Shown: positions 1 through 12,785 of the stretch, one piece after another | Position numbering within the stretch: the first letter of the stretch is position 1 | How the letters are laid out: each line of letters begins with the position of its first letter | Source of the DNA: Octopus vulgaris | Lineage: Eukaryota | Direction of reading: 5' to 3' | Assembly (NCBI GenBank): GCA_951406725.2 | Contig: OX597834.1 | Span: 22,258,001 to 22,322,000 of the forward strand | DNA length: 64,000 bases | The notes under the pieces: generated by a model | Database searches by the model: none | Seen by the model: the letters and a program-made list of their open reading frames with translations, nothing else | What the model was told of the DNA's origin: nothing | Made by a program: the position numbers and the translations under genes

Positions 1-445
1 AACCTCTTAGATGATTAATCCCTAAGGAACTGTGCCTCAATTTCTATCATACACACCCTTAAGTAGTTAAGTAATGAACTACAGGATCGACTTGCAGCTG
101 GCTGAGTGGGTAAGTCATCAGGTTACTACCAACAAGGTCAACTGGTTATGTTCTGGTACAGGCGCAATGGTGTGTCCACAGCCGAGTTATTTAAATGTTG
201 GCTGTTGGCTCAGTCTACCTAGTCGTATATACAGATATTTTAATACAACTGCTCCCAAAATTTTGATCATATTAATTAAAAATTAATTTAAATGCATGAA
301 CAGTCTGTTCATTAGAAGTATTGTTTGTTTTTGTTTTGTTTTTTGTTGTTTTTTTTTTCAATGGTTTAATAGTGGTTAAAATTTAAAAGCTCTCTGCCTT
401 AACTGTTGGTTTTTATGCAGATGGTGTCTCTGAATTATTTATTCT

Positions 446-663
446 TTAACCCTTTTGAGACCACCCTTGTGTTTCTATGATGCAAACTCCTTGTTTAAAT
501 TGATCTAGATTTAAAAAACTTTCATCAAAATGTTAATTTATGTTTCTGACACCAGGTTCATTCATAATGACAAAATTATTTTATTAAATTCAGGAATTAT
601 TTTCTGAAGTAATTGAAACAAAGGCAATGGATTTCACCAGAAATATCCTAACCAAAAGGTTAA
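446..663. mobile_element. piggyBac-type MITE, family D1
   Basis: TTAA-CCCTTTTGA ... CAAAAGG-TTAA termini; about 220 bp AT-rich body shared with copies at 733, 45478, 46002, 57556, 58078 and 59703. TTAA target duplication plus CCCT ends is the piggyBac signature. Confidence 0.75.
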
Positions 664-732
664 GACTGACTTGGGAATAAACAGCAATGATAATGTTAAT
701 CACAGCTTAATTTCCAATTTACATTTATCTGT

Positions 733-957
733 TTAACCCTTTTAATGCCAATCCTCCAAAGACCATCCCTGGTTCTGTGGTCGAAAGCTTCAGTGATCTA
801 AATTACAATCTTTCATCAAAATTTCCTGTTTATTCCTGTTCCAGATTCCGGCTTTACAATGACAAACATTTTTTTATACTAGATTTTTCTTTGTTTTCTT
901 AGTAATTAAAACAGAGGCAGTGTATTTTAACAGAAATTATTGCAAAGAAAGGGTTAA
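733..957. mobile_element. piggyBac-type MITE, family D1 (second copy)
   Basis: TTAACCCTTTT ... GAAAGGGTTAA termini; body homologous to 446-663. Confidence 0.75.
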
Positions 958-1004
958 GCCATTCTGTTTTGTACACCACCCCACACAGTCTTTGTATTAG
1001 TTAA

Positions 1005-1354
1005 TCAAAATCGAAATTGATCAGCATCAATGGAAATTGCAGCTGTGATACCAGTGCCGGTGGTACGTAAGAAAAACATCCGAACATGGCTGTTGCCAGC
1101 GCCGCCCAAACAGGCCTAATGCTGGTGGCACATAAAAAGCACCATCCGATTGTTGCCTTTTGCCAGCCTCGTCTGGCATGTAAAAAGCACCCACTACACT
1201 CACGGAGTGGTTGGCGTTAGGAAGGGCATCCAGCCGTAGAAACACTGCCAGATCAGACTGGGCCTGGTGCGGCCTTCTGGCTTCCCAGACCGCAGTTCAA
1301 CCGTCCAACCCATGCTAGCATGGAAAGCGGACGCTAAACGATGATGATGATGAT
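1005..1354 (+). mobile_element. Non-autonomous retroposon family C, with internal modules and (GAT)n tail
   Basis: GGTTGGCGTTAGGAAGGGCATCCAGCCGTAGAAA ... CCATGCTAGCATGGAAAGCGGACGCTAAAC(GAT)n; close inverted copy at 29615-29958. Confidence 0.8.
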
Positions 1355-1689
1355 TCAGTATTACTTTGAACAAGTATAGTGAAGTCTGTACTTTGCTGAT
1401 GAGCACTTAAAAAGCTGAAGCATAGAGTTGTCTCTCTTACTTAGAGAAATAATTAAAATGATGCCAGTCATTGGTTAATATTTTATAAAATTCTTATTAA
1501 TAATTATTTCTAATTAGGTTTTTAGCATGAAGTAGCACGACCAGATTCAGGTAAAATCTAGATATTCTTTAATAAAATCAGATGTTTTTGGCGTTTTTTT
1601 GAAAAAAAATTTTATTGCAATATAAGAATTATAAAAATGATGAGAAGCCTCTAAGAATGCAACATAGCTACTATGTGGGCATCGGTTGA

Positions 1690-1945
1690 CTGGTTAGAAG
1701 CAGCAGCCAAATCTCCCTTAGTCTTCAACTTACCTTTAAAAGGTTTGACAGGTCAGGGTCTAGCAAGAGCTTAGACAACTACAGAGATTTTATATTACTT
1801 ACATCATATGAACCGATAGGAGAAGTCTCTGTATGGCCATTCCTATTACTTGAAATAGCAGCAAGAGCTCTGTCAAATCACACCATAATGTCTTTAATAA
1901 AATATGAGATGGATCGGAACTGCTGACCCGAAGCTAAACAATAAG
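1690..1945 (+). repeat. Two degenerate fragments of old retroposon family G
   Basis: AGCAGCCAAATCTCCCT ... CTGACCCGAAGCTAAACAA motifs shared with 50305-50488, 26555-26695 and 28250-28320. Confidence 0.45.
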
Positions 1946-2544
1946 AAAAATAACAATAAAAACAATGAAAAAATGAACTTTGTTTCGGGGTTTTAACTCT
2001 TGTAAAATATAGGCAGACAGGTTGACGTTTATCTGCTGACAATTACCATTCGGGGAATTGTTCCAGTCACGGTTGAATTATAGACTGTTTCTATAGCTTT
2101 GCTTATTCATGTGAATGGTGTGTGTGTGTGTGGGTGTTTGGTTTTGGTTGCTAAAATAATCAGAATTAATGAGCTATGTTCCCTGTTGGCAGTCCTTATA
2201 AATAAAATATTTTTCAATATTTTGTGAAATATTATTTGAGAAGTGGAGGACTCCTGTTTTCCTTCATTGTTTACTTTTTCTTTTTCCTTTTTTTTCTTCT
2301 TCCTAGTTTACCAATATATTATTGTTAATATCATTGAATTCTTCTCGTAATACTTGAGCCAAACAGGAAATCACTGCTAATATACAAATAGTAAATATAC
2401 ATCCCAGGATGTGTGTGTATGTGTGCATGTATATATGTGTGTGTGTGTGATTGTATTTGTACTTGCTGTGCCAAATATGGTCAAATGGCTAAGAAGCTCA
2501 CTTCCCAATCATGAATTTTCCTCTTTGCTTCCCATTCTACAATA

Positions 2545-2960
2545 GTAGCAAATCAGTTGAGTCAGAAGAGCATCGGACAAAATGCTTTGTGATATTTGTC
2601 TCAATTTTCTTAGTTCTGAAGTCAAGTCTTGCCGAGGTCACCTCTATTTTTGACCCTTTCAGTGTCAGTAAAATAGTACCGCCAATCCGACATGGGGAAT
2701 TGGTGGAACTGTTATAGTATCCAGACCAGCCTCACTGCAGTTTTTGTTCTGTTTCTTTGCATTCTGAGTTCAAATCTTGCCGAGATCTTTCATCTTTTCA
2801 GGATTGATAAAAATAACACCAAACCAGTTTGGTGAAGTGGCAGAACAGTTAGAGCATGAACCTGCATGTAGAAAATGGAACTTAAGTGTGGTTCCTGGCC
2901 TTGCCAGCTCCAGTCAAACCATCCAACTCATGCCACAAAAGGACGTTAAATGATGATGAT
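2545..2960 (+). mobile_element. Degenerate SINE B copies followed by a family C tail
   Basis: TTCTGAGTTCAAATCTTGCCGAG box-B motif at about 2762; CCATCCAACTCATGCC...GGACGTTAAA(TGA)n tail. Confidence 0.55.
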
Positions 2961-3287
2961 GCTGTCTAGCTCCTGAATTCAAATTTCGCTATGCACTATT
3001 TAGGTGTTAGATGTAATCCTTCATCCATTTTAACACCACTACCTGCTATTTTGGATGCATTGTAACCAAATCCACTATGTTCTGAGCATTCAAAGCTGGG
3101 TCTCCAGACTGGGAATATCTTCCTGCATCCCTCCCTTTATCCTGCCGTTTTCAGAGGCCCTGTGATGTGGTTGGGGGTACTGGCCTTCTACTTAGAATGA
3201 AAAGAAAACAAAATCCATTGGGCATCAAACCAGATGACTACCTTGAACTCCAATGTCTGCCTTGGTATGGTTTCTACAGTTGGATAC

Positions 3288-3420
3288 CATTGGCTCAGGG
3301 AGTGTAAATGCAACCCCTAAAATTTCTGTTTTAGGGACGTGGGGCACTGAAAACACTTTTAACATCCTGGGTTGGACCTAGGTTTGCATCCCCTAAACAA
3401 ATTTTATTTCCACACTTATG
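3288..3420. mobile_element. Short hAT-like MITE inserted into a family C element
   Basis: CATTGG.../...CTTATG termini; 8-bp flanks TTGGATAC and CTGGATCT both derive from the family C motif CTGGATGC, consistent with a decayed 8-bp target duplication. Confidence 0.45.
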
Positions 3421-4479
3421 CTGGATCTTCAATGCTTTTTTTTTTTTCTTTTGTGTGTAAGACACCAGCACCAGTGAGGTCACTAAGTTTGCAAGGCCAA
3501 AACAGAGCCTTGACCAAGTGAAGTTGTTGTAGAGAGGGAGATGGCTTTATGCCAAGTGTTTAGAGGCTAAAGGTACAACAAGCACAGATGGACATTAAAT
3601 GATGAGGAGGAGGAGGAAGACAGGGATAGTTCTGGTTTGACACAAACTTTGTGAGTGAGTGGAATTGGTTAAGTGGAAACTATGGAAGCCTGTCAGTTGG
3701 TCTCTGTCTGTAATTTTAGTGGTTCATCATCATCATCTACGCACAGTCTCCAGCTGTCTGAAGGTTAGATTAAGTATATAAATGTCTTTGGAGTACTCAG
3801 CCATGTATCATTAATTTAGCAAGGAACTAGTTCCATCAATCAAACAGGAAAACTTAGAATATTCCATTATTGAAATCGACAAAGAATTTATTTACTTCGT
3901 AGACACAGCTTCAAATATACAAATACACTGCTGCCCCCACACGCACAAGCTCATATGCACATGTACACACACACACACACACACATGTATATACACACAT
4001 ACACATTTAGAGTCACGCAAGCACGTAGGTTATTAGTCAAGATTCGTTATGTAGATGATATTGTATACAATTTTTTTGTTCAAAGACAAAGAAAGGAAAG
4101 GAATAGAAATTTCTTACAAAACAAGGAACCGACAAACACACGGAATAAAAGACTTTTTTTTTTATATAATAAGACAAAGGAACGTAGGTAGGTGTTAAAT
4201 CTGAATGGTTCCTTGGTTTAATCAATATATATATATGTATGTAATGTATAATTAATTATGGAATAAGTGACGAAGGAGTTAATAGTGTCTTAAAAGGAGC
4301 TGCCACCATCTTTACTTTCATTGTGATTATCATTGTTGTTGTTGTTGTTGTAAACAAAATGTTGTGCGTATTGTCTTCATTCGTTCATTGTGAATTAGTT
4401 TTCGGTGGGATTTGGAGGGTGAGTGAATGGGGGTGTGAGTTGAGATGGGAGAAGAAGGAAACGGTGGAGGCGAGTTGAT

Positions 4480-4586
4480 TTATATACATATATATATATG
4501 TACATATACGTTTATGTATATATATGTATATATATATACATGTATATATATATATACTTGTATGTATATATATATATATATACATG

Positions 4587-4619
<33 letters not shown>

Positions 4620-4713
4620 CATGTATATAAATATATATATATATATATGTATATATATATGTATATATATATATATATGTACATATGTGTGTGTATATAT
4701 ATATATATACATA

Positions 4714-4776
<63 letters not shown>

Positions 4777-4980
4777 ATATATAAATATATATATATATGC
4801 ATAAATATATATATGCATAAATATATATATATATATATGCATATATATACATATGTACAGATATGTGTGTGTATATATCGATATATGCATACATATGTAC
4901 ATATACATGTATGTATATATATATATATATACATATGCACACATATACATATGCATGTATGTATGTGTATATATATCTGT
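4480..4980. repeat. Compound (TA)n/(TG)n microsatellite
   Basis: About 500 bp of alternating TA with TG/CA interruptions; source of the YIYI ORFs. Confidence 0.95.
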
Positions 4981-6817
4981 TTAAGAATGTTTTTCTTTCC
5001 TGTCATTTATAAGTATTTAATTCTTGCTGTATTCATTCTTGGTTTTATTTTTTTTACTTACTTATTTACATATTTGTTTCTTTTTCTTTTTTATTTTATT
5101 TTTATATCAAAAATCATATGAATTGATTAACAATCAATGCTTGTTTTCTTTTGTTTTCTTTCTCTTTTCTCTCACTCTCTCCATTTCCTTCTGATCTTTC
5201 AACCTTTATTGAGTGGTGGTAGGCATGGTAGGAGAGGAAGGGAAAGACGAGAAGCTGTTTTTGTCTTTCTACCTCTTTTCTTTGAGAGTTTCAATTTGTT
5301 TATCTTCTTCAATTTGTTTATGCAAAAATATAAACCAAAAATTGCTAAAAGAAATGGTAAAAAAAATTTCTTGTCCTTATTTTCTCTGTTCTTTCATTGC
5401 CACAACTACAAAAAGAGACACACACACACACACACACTACATAAACACGCACATAAACATACACTCGCAAATAAGCACATATACCTACACAAGCATGCGT
5501 GCACATACACTGACATGTATAAACATACATAGTATCCACACGCATAATGATAAAAGTATACATGCCCACATAAACGCATACACACATGCGCAAGCACAAA
5601 CAGAGCAAAGGCCTCCACTGGTTACATTAGTGATCTGAAACGAACTTCTTCGTAATCTTCTCGTGTTACCAAATCTTTCTGTCCTTTGCTGTTTGTTTGT
5701 TTGGTTTGTTTGTCGTCAGGTGTGTTGTTGCTCAGGATTGGAGAAGTAAATTGGAAGGAAGGGGAAAGGAGCCGACGATGAGGATGAGGAGGAGAAATAA
5801 GAGATGGGGGTGGGGGGAGAAAAAGCTCATTCTCTCTGCAACCCTCCATCCATGCCCACCTTGCCTGCTACCACCATTGCCATCATTGGGTGATTGGTTA
5901 TTAAAATTTTTTTTTTTTTTTTGCTTTTATATATTCTTCCTAATTATGACTAAATAACAAGTGGGAAGGTTCAGGGGCAGAAGGAAGGGACTAGCTGGGG
6001 TTGTTTTTTGAGGTGGGGTTGAGGGAGGCCCATTTTGGGAGAGTTGGTACGGCTTTTCTTCTTACATTTTTTTTGTTTATTGTGTTTTCGGCCCCAACCC
6101 TATATTTTTTTTTTTTTTTTCAGAAAGCAACATATCAGATGGGGTGGGCGCAGAATTTAACAAAAAGATCAAAAACTATAAAATTAAAAAAAAAAAAAAA
6201 GATGGTGGCAGTGATTTGAACATTGACTTTTTGATGGCGGGTGGGGGGAGGGTCGTTTTTATTAGTTTCTAGATTTATTCCTGTATTAATCTCTGCGATA
6301 GAGACTTTCTTCTCTCATCGCCCCCTTCAACCACCCATCATTTTTTTTTTTATCACACACACACCCCTTTATTTTTCATTTAGAACGGAAACGCGATCCA
6401 CCCATCACCACCCCCTCGGAGATAGTTACAGATTTTTTTTGTTTATTTTTTTTTGTATTGTTAGGTCTTGTGATGATAAGACCCAATGTTGGCGGCGCAA
6501 GTGTGGTTGGGTGGGAGCAACATGTGGTTGGTTGCATTTTGTTGTTTTTTTTATTGATATTTACACACTGGTTATATTTTGTTTTATTTGTTTATCAGCT
6601 GCTACTCATTCTTTCCATACCAACACAAAATTTTAAAATGCAACAAAAATAATAATAATAATAAATTCTTGAAAAGAAATTTAATGATAACCCTCCCTCA
6701 TCTCACTCTCCTTCATTAATCAGTTAAAAGCCGTCTTTAATTATCTCCTAATTTCTTTATTCTGTTGGGGTGGCTTTTTTTTTTTTTTTTCTTGTATCTC
6801 ATGTCCTCGCTACTTCT

Positions 6818-7045
6818 CATCATCATTTTAGCATCCACTTTCCCATCTTTGCGTGGGTCACATGGAATTCATTGAGGCAGATATTCTATGACTAGATGCC
6901 CTTCCTGTCACCAACCCTCACCTATTTCCATGGAAAGTAATATTTCCCCGTGGCCAGACATGTTTTTGTGGAAAACTGGAAAGGAAGGACACTGCTTGTA
7001 TGACAGAACATTCCCATACAACTGATACATGAGGTCAAGACAGTG
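6818..7045 (-). mobile_element. SINE A, tail type 2 (3' portion)
   Basis: Homologous to the tails at 62879-63120 and 56270-56490 (GATGCCCTTCCTGTCACCAACCCTCACC; (CAT)n end on the + strand). Confidence 0.7.
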
Positions 7046-7243
7046 AGACGTGTTAGTGCGTGAGTGTATTTTTTTTACAAGGAAAATGTTGACAGTGACT
7101 TCAAAGTTTCAGCTTACCTGCATCATTAGAAGAATTAATGAATATATAGTATACTAAAAATAATCTTGAGTAATCCTTCACTTTAATGAGAAAATGTTTC
7201 TGTATATAACTTCACATATAAACAAACATTTATATATGTATAT

Positions 7244-7274
<31 letters not shown>

Positions 7275-7281
7275 CATTTAT

Positions 7282-7317
<36 letters not shown>

Positions 7318-7318
<1 letters not shown>

Positions 7319-7726
7319 GGCACAGGCGTGGTTGTGTAGTAAGAAGCTTGCTCCCCGACTACATGGTTCCGGGTTCAATCCCTCTGCATTGTCTTCTACT
7401 ATAGCCTCAGGTCAACCAAAGCCTTGTGAGTGGATTTGGTAGACAGAAACTGAAAGAAGTCAGTCATCATCATCCATGTGTGTGTGTATATATATATGTA
7501 TGTGTGTGTGTCTTTATGTCTGTGTTTGTCCCCACCACCATTGCTTGACAACTGATGCTGGTGTTTACATCCCCATAACTTAGCAGTTCAGCAAAAGAGA
7601 CCAATAAAATAAGTTTTGGGCTTACAAAGAATAAAGTCTTGGGGACAATTTCTTTGACTAAAAATAACCCTTTAAGGTGGTGCTCCAGCATGGCTACAGT
7701 GAAATGACTGAAGCAATTAAAAGAAT
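7318..7726 (+). mobile_element. tRNA-derived SINE family A (tail type 1)
   Basis: Box A/B-like head (GTGGTTGTGTAGTAAG ... GGTTCAATCCC), body GTGAGTGGATTTGGTAGACAGAAACTGAAAGAAG, internal (TG)n, tail GCTCCAGCATGGC...TGACTGAA. Confidence 0.85.
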
Positions 7727-8009
7727 ATATGTGTGTGTGTGTGTATATTTGAGTGTTTAAATTTATCATTATGCAGAAGCAGCATTGTCTTAGATCTGTT
7801 TCTCCCTGCTGGCATGGGTTGGATGGTTATTCTGAGACAGACCTTTATGATTTAATGTCCTTTCTGTCGCCATAGTCTGTGTATGTCTGTGTTATTGTGT
7901 CAATATGAAGAATGAGAAAATATTGGTTTTTTTTTTTTTGTTTAATAGTACAACAATCTAGAATCTAATTTTTAAAATTTTATTTAATTAAATATGTGCG
8001 TATGCATTT

Positions 8010-8070
8010 ATATATATACATATGTAGTTATATAAATATAAATGTTGTTTATATATATATATATATATAA

Positions 8071-8141
<71 letters not shown>

Positions 8142-8163
8142 TACATATACACACACACATATA

Positions 8164-8195
<32 letters not shown>

Positions 8196-8254
8196 CACAT
8201 ACATATACACACACACACACATATAAATATATATATATATATACACATACATAT

Positions 8255-8297
<43 letters not shown>

Positions 8298-8318
8298 TAT
8301 ATATATACACATACATAT

Positions 8319-8375
<57 letters not shown>

Positions 8376-8386
8376 CACATACATAT

Positions 8387-8417
<31 letters not shown>

Positions 8418-8530
8418 ACTACATTTAAATACATACACATATGTGCATGTTATGTATATGTATATATATATATGTGCGTATGCAGATACATGCATATATA
8501 TTTATACATAGGCACACACACAAATACTCA
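8010..8530. repeat. Compound (TA)n/(CA)n microsatellite with higher-order units
   Basis: Repeating ATATACACATACATATACACACAC units. Confidence 0.95.
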
Positions 8531-8994
8531 CACTTATGCATACATAGCAACCTCCTCAAAACTCATTCTCAAAGAAATTACTTTTTTAATCTCCAAACAA
8601 ATTAGTCACTGAAATATTTCTCCTTCGTTCTCCTCTTCACTTCCCATTCATCCACCACCACCACCACCATTACAAAAGACATCATCGTATCTAAAATATT
8701 CTTATCACAGGTTTGTTTTCTACAAACAAATGGAATTAAATGGATAAAATGAAGCCTTAATGTTAAGTTTCCTCCAAATTATTTCTGTTTTGTTTCATTA
8801 TTTTTCTGAGGTTTCAATATTTTAAATTTTCCAACATTTTTCAGTATGTTTTTCCTATAACAGCTATGAATTTTTATTCCACTTCTCCGCAATTATTCTC
8901 TATAATTTTTACAACTCTCCTGTTCAGAGTGTCTTATACAATAGTATCATCAGTCTCTGAGGTTTAGTGTGCCCTTAAAGGTTTACATCTCTAA

Positions 8995-9675
8995 GTTGCT
9001 GGCCCTGTTCTAAAACCTGGAACCATAAGGGGAGCAAGCCAGCAGAATTGCATGCATGATGGGTAAAATGCTTAGCAGCATCTCTTCCAATTTACTGTGT
9101 TCTTGATACAAATTTTGCTAAGCTTGAGTTTGTCTTTCATCCTTTCGAAAGACAATAAGATAAATACCAGGAGTGCACTGGGGCTGATATAACTAACTAA
9201 CCTTTCACTTAAAACTACTGCCCTTGTGCCAAAATTTGAAACCATTATTATTATCATTATTATTAGAATCCTTAATATGCTTGACATGCTAATAGTATCT
9301 CTTCAGGCTTTATGTTCTGAGTTCAAATGCCACCAAGGGCCAATAAAATCAATGCCAGTCAAGTACTAGGGGTTCATGTAATTGATTTTCCTCTCCCCTG
9401 AAAAACTGCTGGCCCTGTACCAAAATTTGAAGCCATTATTATTATTATTAAGGCAGTGAGCTAGCAGACTTGTTAACACGCTGGATGAAATACTTAGTTG
9501 TATTTCTCTCGTCGCTATGTTCTGAGTTCAAATTCTGCCAAGGTCGACTTTGTTTTTCATCCTTTCGGGAGTCAATAAATTAAATACCAGTGAAACACTG
9601 GAGTCGATGTAATTGACTAGGCCCCCTCTCCACAAAATTTCCGGCCTTGTGCTTTTAGTAGAAAGGATGATGATG

Positions 9676-9712
<37 letters not shown>

Positions 9713-9845
9713 ACCAGCATATATGAGGCATCAAAGATTGGCAAACTCACTGAAACTCTGGATAGATTACCTCTTGGTATTTGCTCCACGTTTCTCACAC
9801 TCTGAGTTCAAATCCCACTGAGGTCGGCTTAATCTTTCATTTCTT
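8995..9845 (+). mobile_element. Head-to-tail array of about 4-5 SINE B copies
   Basis: Repeated TTCTGAGTTCAAAT...CTTTCATCCTTTCG...CCTTGTGCC units separated by (ATT)n. Confidence 0.8.
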
Positions 9846-9929
9846 CATTACGGGGCAGGATGAGGGATGAGGAGGGGGGCTGCAAAAAAATCTACACAAA
9901 ATGATGGATTTGCAGAACAATCATAAGGC

Positions 9930-10598
9930 TGTGCTTTGTGTCCTTAAGCAAGACACTTCATTCATTGTTGTGCCAATCCTCCCAGCTGATAAAAGTGAAT
10001 TGTACCTGTAATTTCAAAAGGGCCAGCCTTGTCGCGTTGTGTGTCACACTGAATCTCCTTGAGAACTACGTTAAGAGTACACATAGGCGCAGGAGTGACT
10101 GTGTGGTAAGTAGCTTGCTTACCAACCACATGGTTCCGGGTTCAGTCCCACTGCATGGCACCTTGGGCAAGTGTCTTCTACCATAGCCTCGGGCCAACCA
10201 AAGCTTTGTGAGTGGATTTGGTAGACAGAAACTGAAAGAAGCCCGTCGTATATATGTATATATATATGTGTGTGTGTGCATGTATGTTTGTGTGTCTGTG
10301 TTTGTCCCCCTAGCATTGCTTGACAACCGATGCTGGTGCGTTTATGTCCCCGTCAGCGGTTCAGCAAAAGAGACCAATAGAATAAGTACAGGTCTTACAA
10401 AGAATAAGTCCCGGGGTCGAGTTGCTCGACTAAAGGCGGTGCTCCAGCATGGCCGCAGTCAAATGACTGAAACAAGTAAAAAAAAAAAAATACCTGTGGG
10501 GTACTCAGCCACTTGTACGTTAACTTCACGAGCTGGCTGTTCCTTTGATCGGATCACCTAGAAGACCCATCATCACAACTGAACGCGGTTGCCAGTTA
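9930..10598 (+). mobile_element. Old SINE family H, interrupted by a SINE A copy
   Basis: GTGTCCTTAAGCAAGACACT...GAGAACTACGTTAAGAGTACAC resumes at 10491 as CCTGTGGGGTACTCAGCCAC; related to 3770-3860 and 43640-43860 (minus strand). Confidence 0.55.
10085..10490 (+). mobile_element. SINE family A, full length, young
   Basis: GGCGCAGGAGTGACTGTGTGGTAAG...GGTTCAGTCCC head, CORE-like ACCTTGGGCAAGTGTCTT, tail TGACTGAAACAAGT followed by poly(A). Confidence 0.9.
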
Positions 10599-11199
10599 GA
10601 GGGTCCGGAGAACTGCCTTGTATTTACTGTTCTTGGATTTTAATAAAATCCAATTCCACCATCTTCGATGATGTCTTCTTATGCCTTTGCGTCTCTGCTC
10701 ACTAATTTTTTTTCTAATCCTTTTTCACCATCGCTAACATCATTACTGTTAATATTCAGAATTAAAATTTTGGTTATCTATGCATATTTATTTGCAATCT
10801 TCTTAAAGAGGTGACACCAATGGCAACAACATCAACAACAACAACAACAAATGCTGTCTCTTCTTCCAGGTTCTTATCTCTTCTTTCACAGCTGCTTCTT
10901 AAGCCACTATACCCCTCCACCCCTCACCCTTTGCGTGGGAGAATTTTTTGTGTTTGTTTTTGTTCTCTTTTTTTTTTTTTTTCTGCCTTTCTTAGGCAAA
11001 TAAACTTAATATGATAAGTTGATAAGTTCGTTATCCTTACTGCTAGCAGATTATAAAAATTAATAGTTTGTTAAAGTGCTTCAAAACTCAAACACACACA
11101 CAGGCTTAAATAACAAGGCAGGTGAAGGGATAATTATCATTATTATTATTATTACTATTATTATTATTATTATTATTATTGTTGTTGTTGTTGTTGTTA

Positions 11200-11370
11200 T
11201 TAAGGCAGTGAGCTGGCAAAATTGTGTGCCAATTTCATGTTCTGCATTCAAATTCCTCCAAGATCGACTTCGCTTTCATCCTTTCAAAGTTAAAAGAGAG
11301 TACAAATCAATCAAGTCCTGAACAGCCCCACTGCCCCCAAAATGCAGGCCTTGTGCCTAAATAAAAAATC
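11200..11370 (+). mobile_element. SINE B, degenerate, after (ATT)n(GTT)n
   Basis: AAGGCAGTGAGCTGGCA head, CTTTCATCCTTTC body, GGCCTTGTGCCT tail. Confidence 0.65.
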
Positions 11371-11959
11371 ATTCTCATTATAGTTATTTGAATTTTTAAG
11401 GTACTTTAACTCAGTACATTTCATCTGTGAATCCTGTGATATGTGTGTATGTATATGTGTGTGTGTGTGTATATATATCTATATATACATACATCATTGC
11501 TATTATGTTAAACTGTTGTCTGCCCAAATTTGGCCAAATGCATTGTTTTCAATATTTAGTTTTGCTTGCAACAACTGGTTCTTTTGGTCAAGCTATCGTT
11601 TCTCCAGCTGCTGCAGATACCAATATATCAAAAATTGTCAAAGTGTAGTACAACAGTTTTTTCTATGGAATGGTGAAACTTCTTTTTTTTTTTCGTTTTC
11701 TGAAAAAGAAACGTTTTGGACTTACAACCCATTTGCATAATATATACATATATATATATACACACATATATTTATACATATTTATATTTATATACACACA
11801 CATATATTTATACACATACATACACACACATACATTTTTATAGAATTTTCCTTATTTCTCTGGTACCAAAGGTTTCCTGCTGATAGGCATCAAAAATAAT
11901 TTTTCAAACAGAGTTCAATATATGACTGATATTCCACCATTACCACTGATGAAGGTTTG

Positions 11960-12185
11960 CGTGTATGTGTGTGTGTGTACACACATACATACATGAATGC
12001 ATGTATAATTGACAATGAGTTTTTGCACAGTTTCTATCCCACAAATTCCAAGCTCTAGGTATTGATCGACCCCAGGTTATGATCAACGGAGTCACTTGCT
12101 CCAAGTTTGTGCACAGTGGCATTGAACATTCAGCCACGTGCTTGCAATGGAAACTTCTTAACCATAAACCTATGCATGCACCTCC
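11960..12185 (-). mobile_element. SINE A head/body, old
   Basis: Diverged reverse copy (CACTTGCTCCAAG...CAGTGGCATTGAAC...CTATGCATGCACCT). Confidence 0.55.
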
Positions 12186-12737
12186 ACCTACAACAAATAA
12201 CACCAACTAGACACAAACAAAACAGAGACAATGCAAAACCAAACAGTTTGTTATATATTATTGTTTGTTTATTCTTTTATTGGTTTTTTTTTGGTAGAAG
12301 TTGGTGGCCATGCTAGAGCACCATTTGTTTTTTTAATTATGACACAATTAGTGCTAAATATTCCTAACTAACTATGTAGGGTGGTGGCAGGTGGTAGTTG
12401 GGGTGGAGGTATGTATTTATTTGGCTGTCATTGATAAATTTACTAATCAAGTGATAATGATTGATGTGGGACTTAATTGAACCAAAAAGAAAAGAAAAAC
12501 CAATCTGTCACTCTTGGTTTGATGCATAGAACCTCTCCTCCGTCTCCACTCTGCCTGGAGTGGCATGTGGTGGGGAAGAGAGAGCTGCGTGTAGTCTATC
12601 AACCACAATGGAAGATAATTGTTTAATTTACTTAAGCAACTTAATAACATCTTTCAGTTCTGTGCCTCCACCCATACACACACACACACACACTATTCAG
12701 CCTCCACACAGTGTGTGAATGTGTGTATAGCATAGAT

Positions 12738-12739
<2 letters not shown>

Positions 12740-12785
<46 letters not shown>

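Noticed and set aside
1385-1430. CTGATGAGC-ACTTAAAAA-GCTGAAGC hammerhead-like string
   Set aside because: GAAA is absent, stem II is only 2 bp and there is no convincing stem I or III.
4385-5121. Long [12 protein letters not shown] ORFs (also 7988-8495, 14272-15619, 17179-17928, 20870-22169, 28412-29110, 35547-36328)
   Set aside because: They are translations of dinucleotide microsatellites, open on several frames and both strands.
7108-7135. Partial resemblance to miR-8-5p (CTTACCTGCATCATTAGA); miR-9-like TTTGGTTATCTA near 10770
   Set aside because: No complementary arm or full mature match.
10066-10561. Recurring peptide ...SVSVYQIHSQGFG..VEDTCPRCHAVGLNPEPCGW in many ORFs (19180, 26949, 30363, 37864, 47178)
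   Set aside because: It looks like a gene family but is the antisense translation of SINE A.
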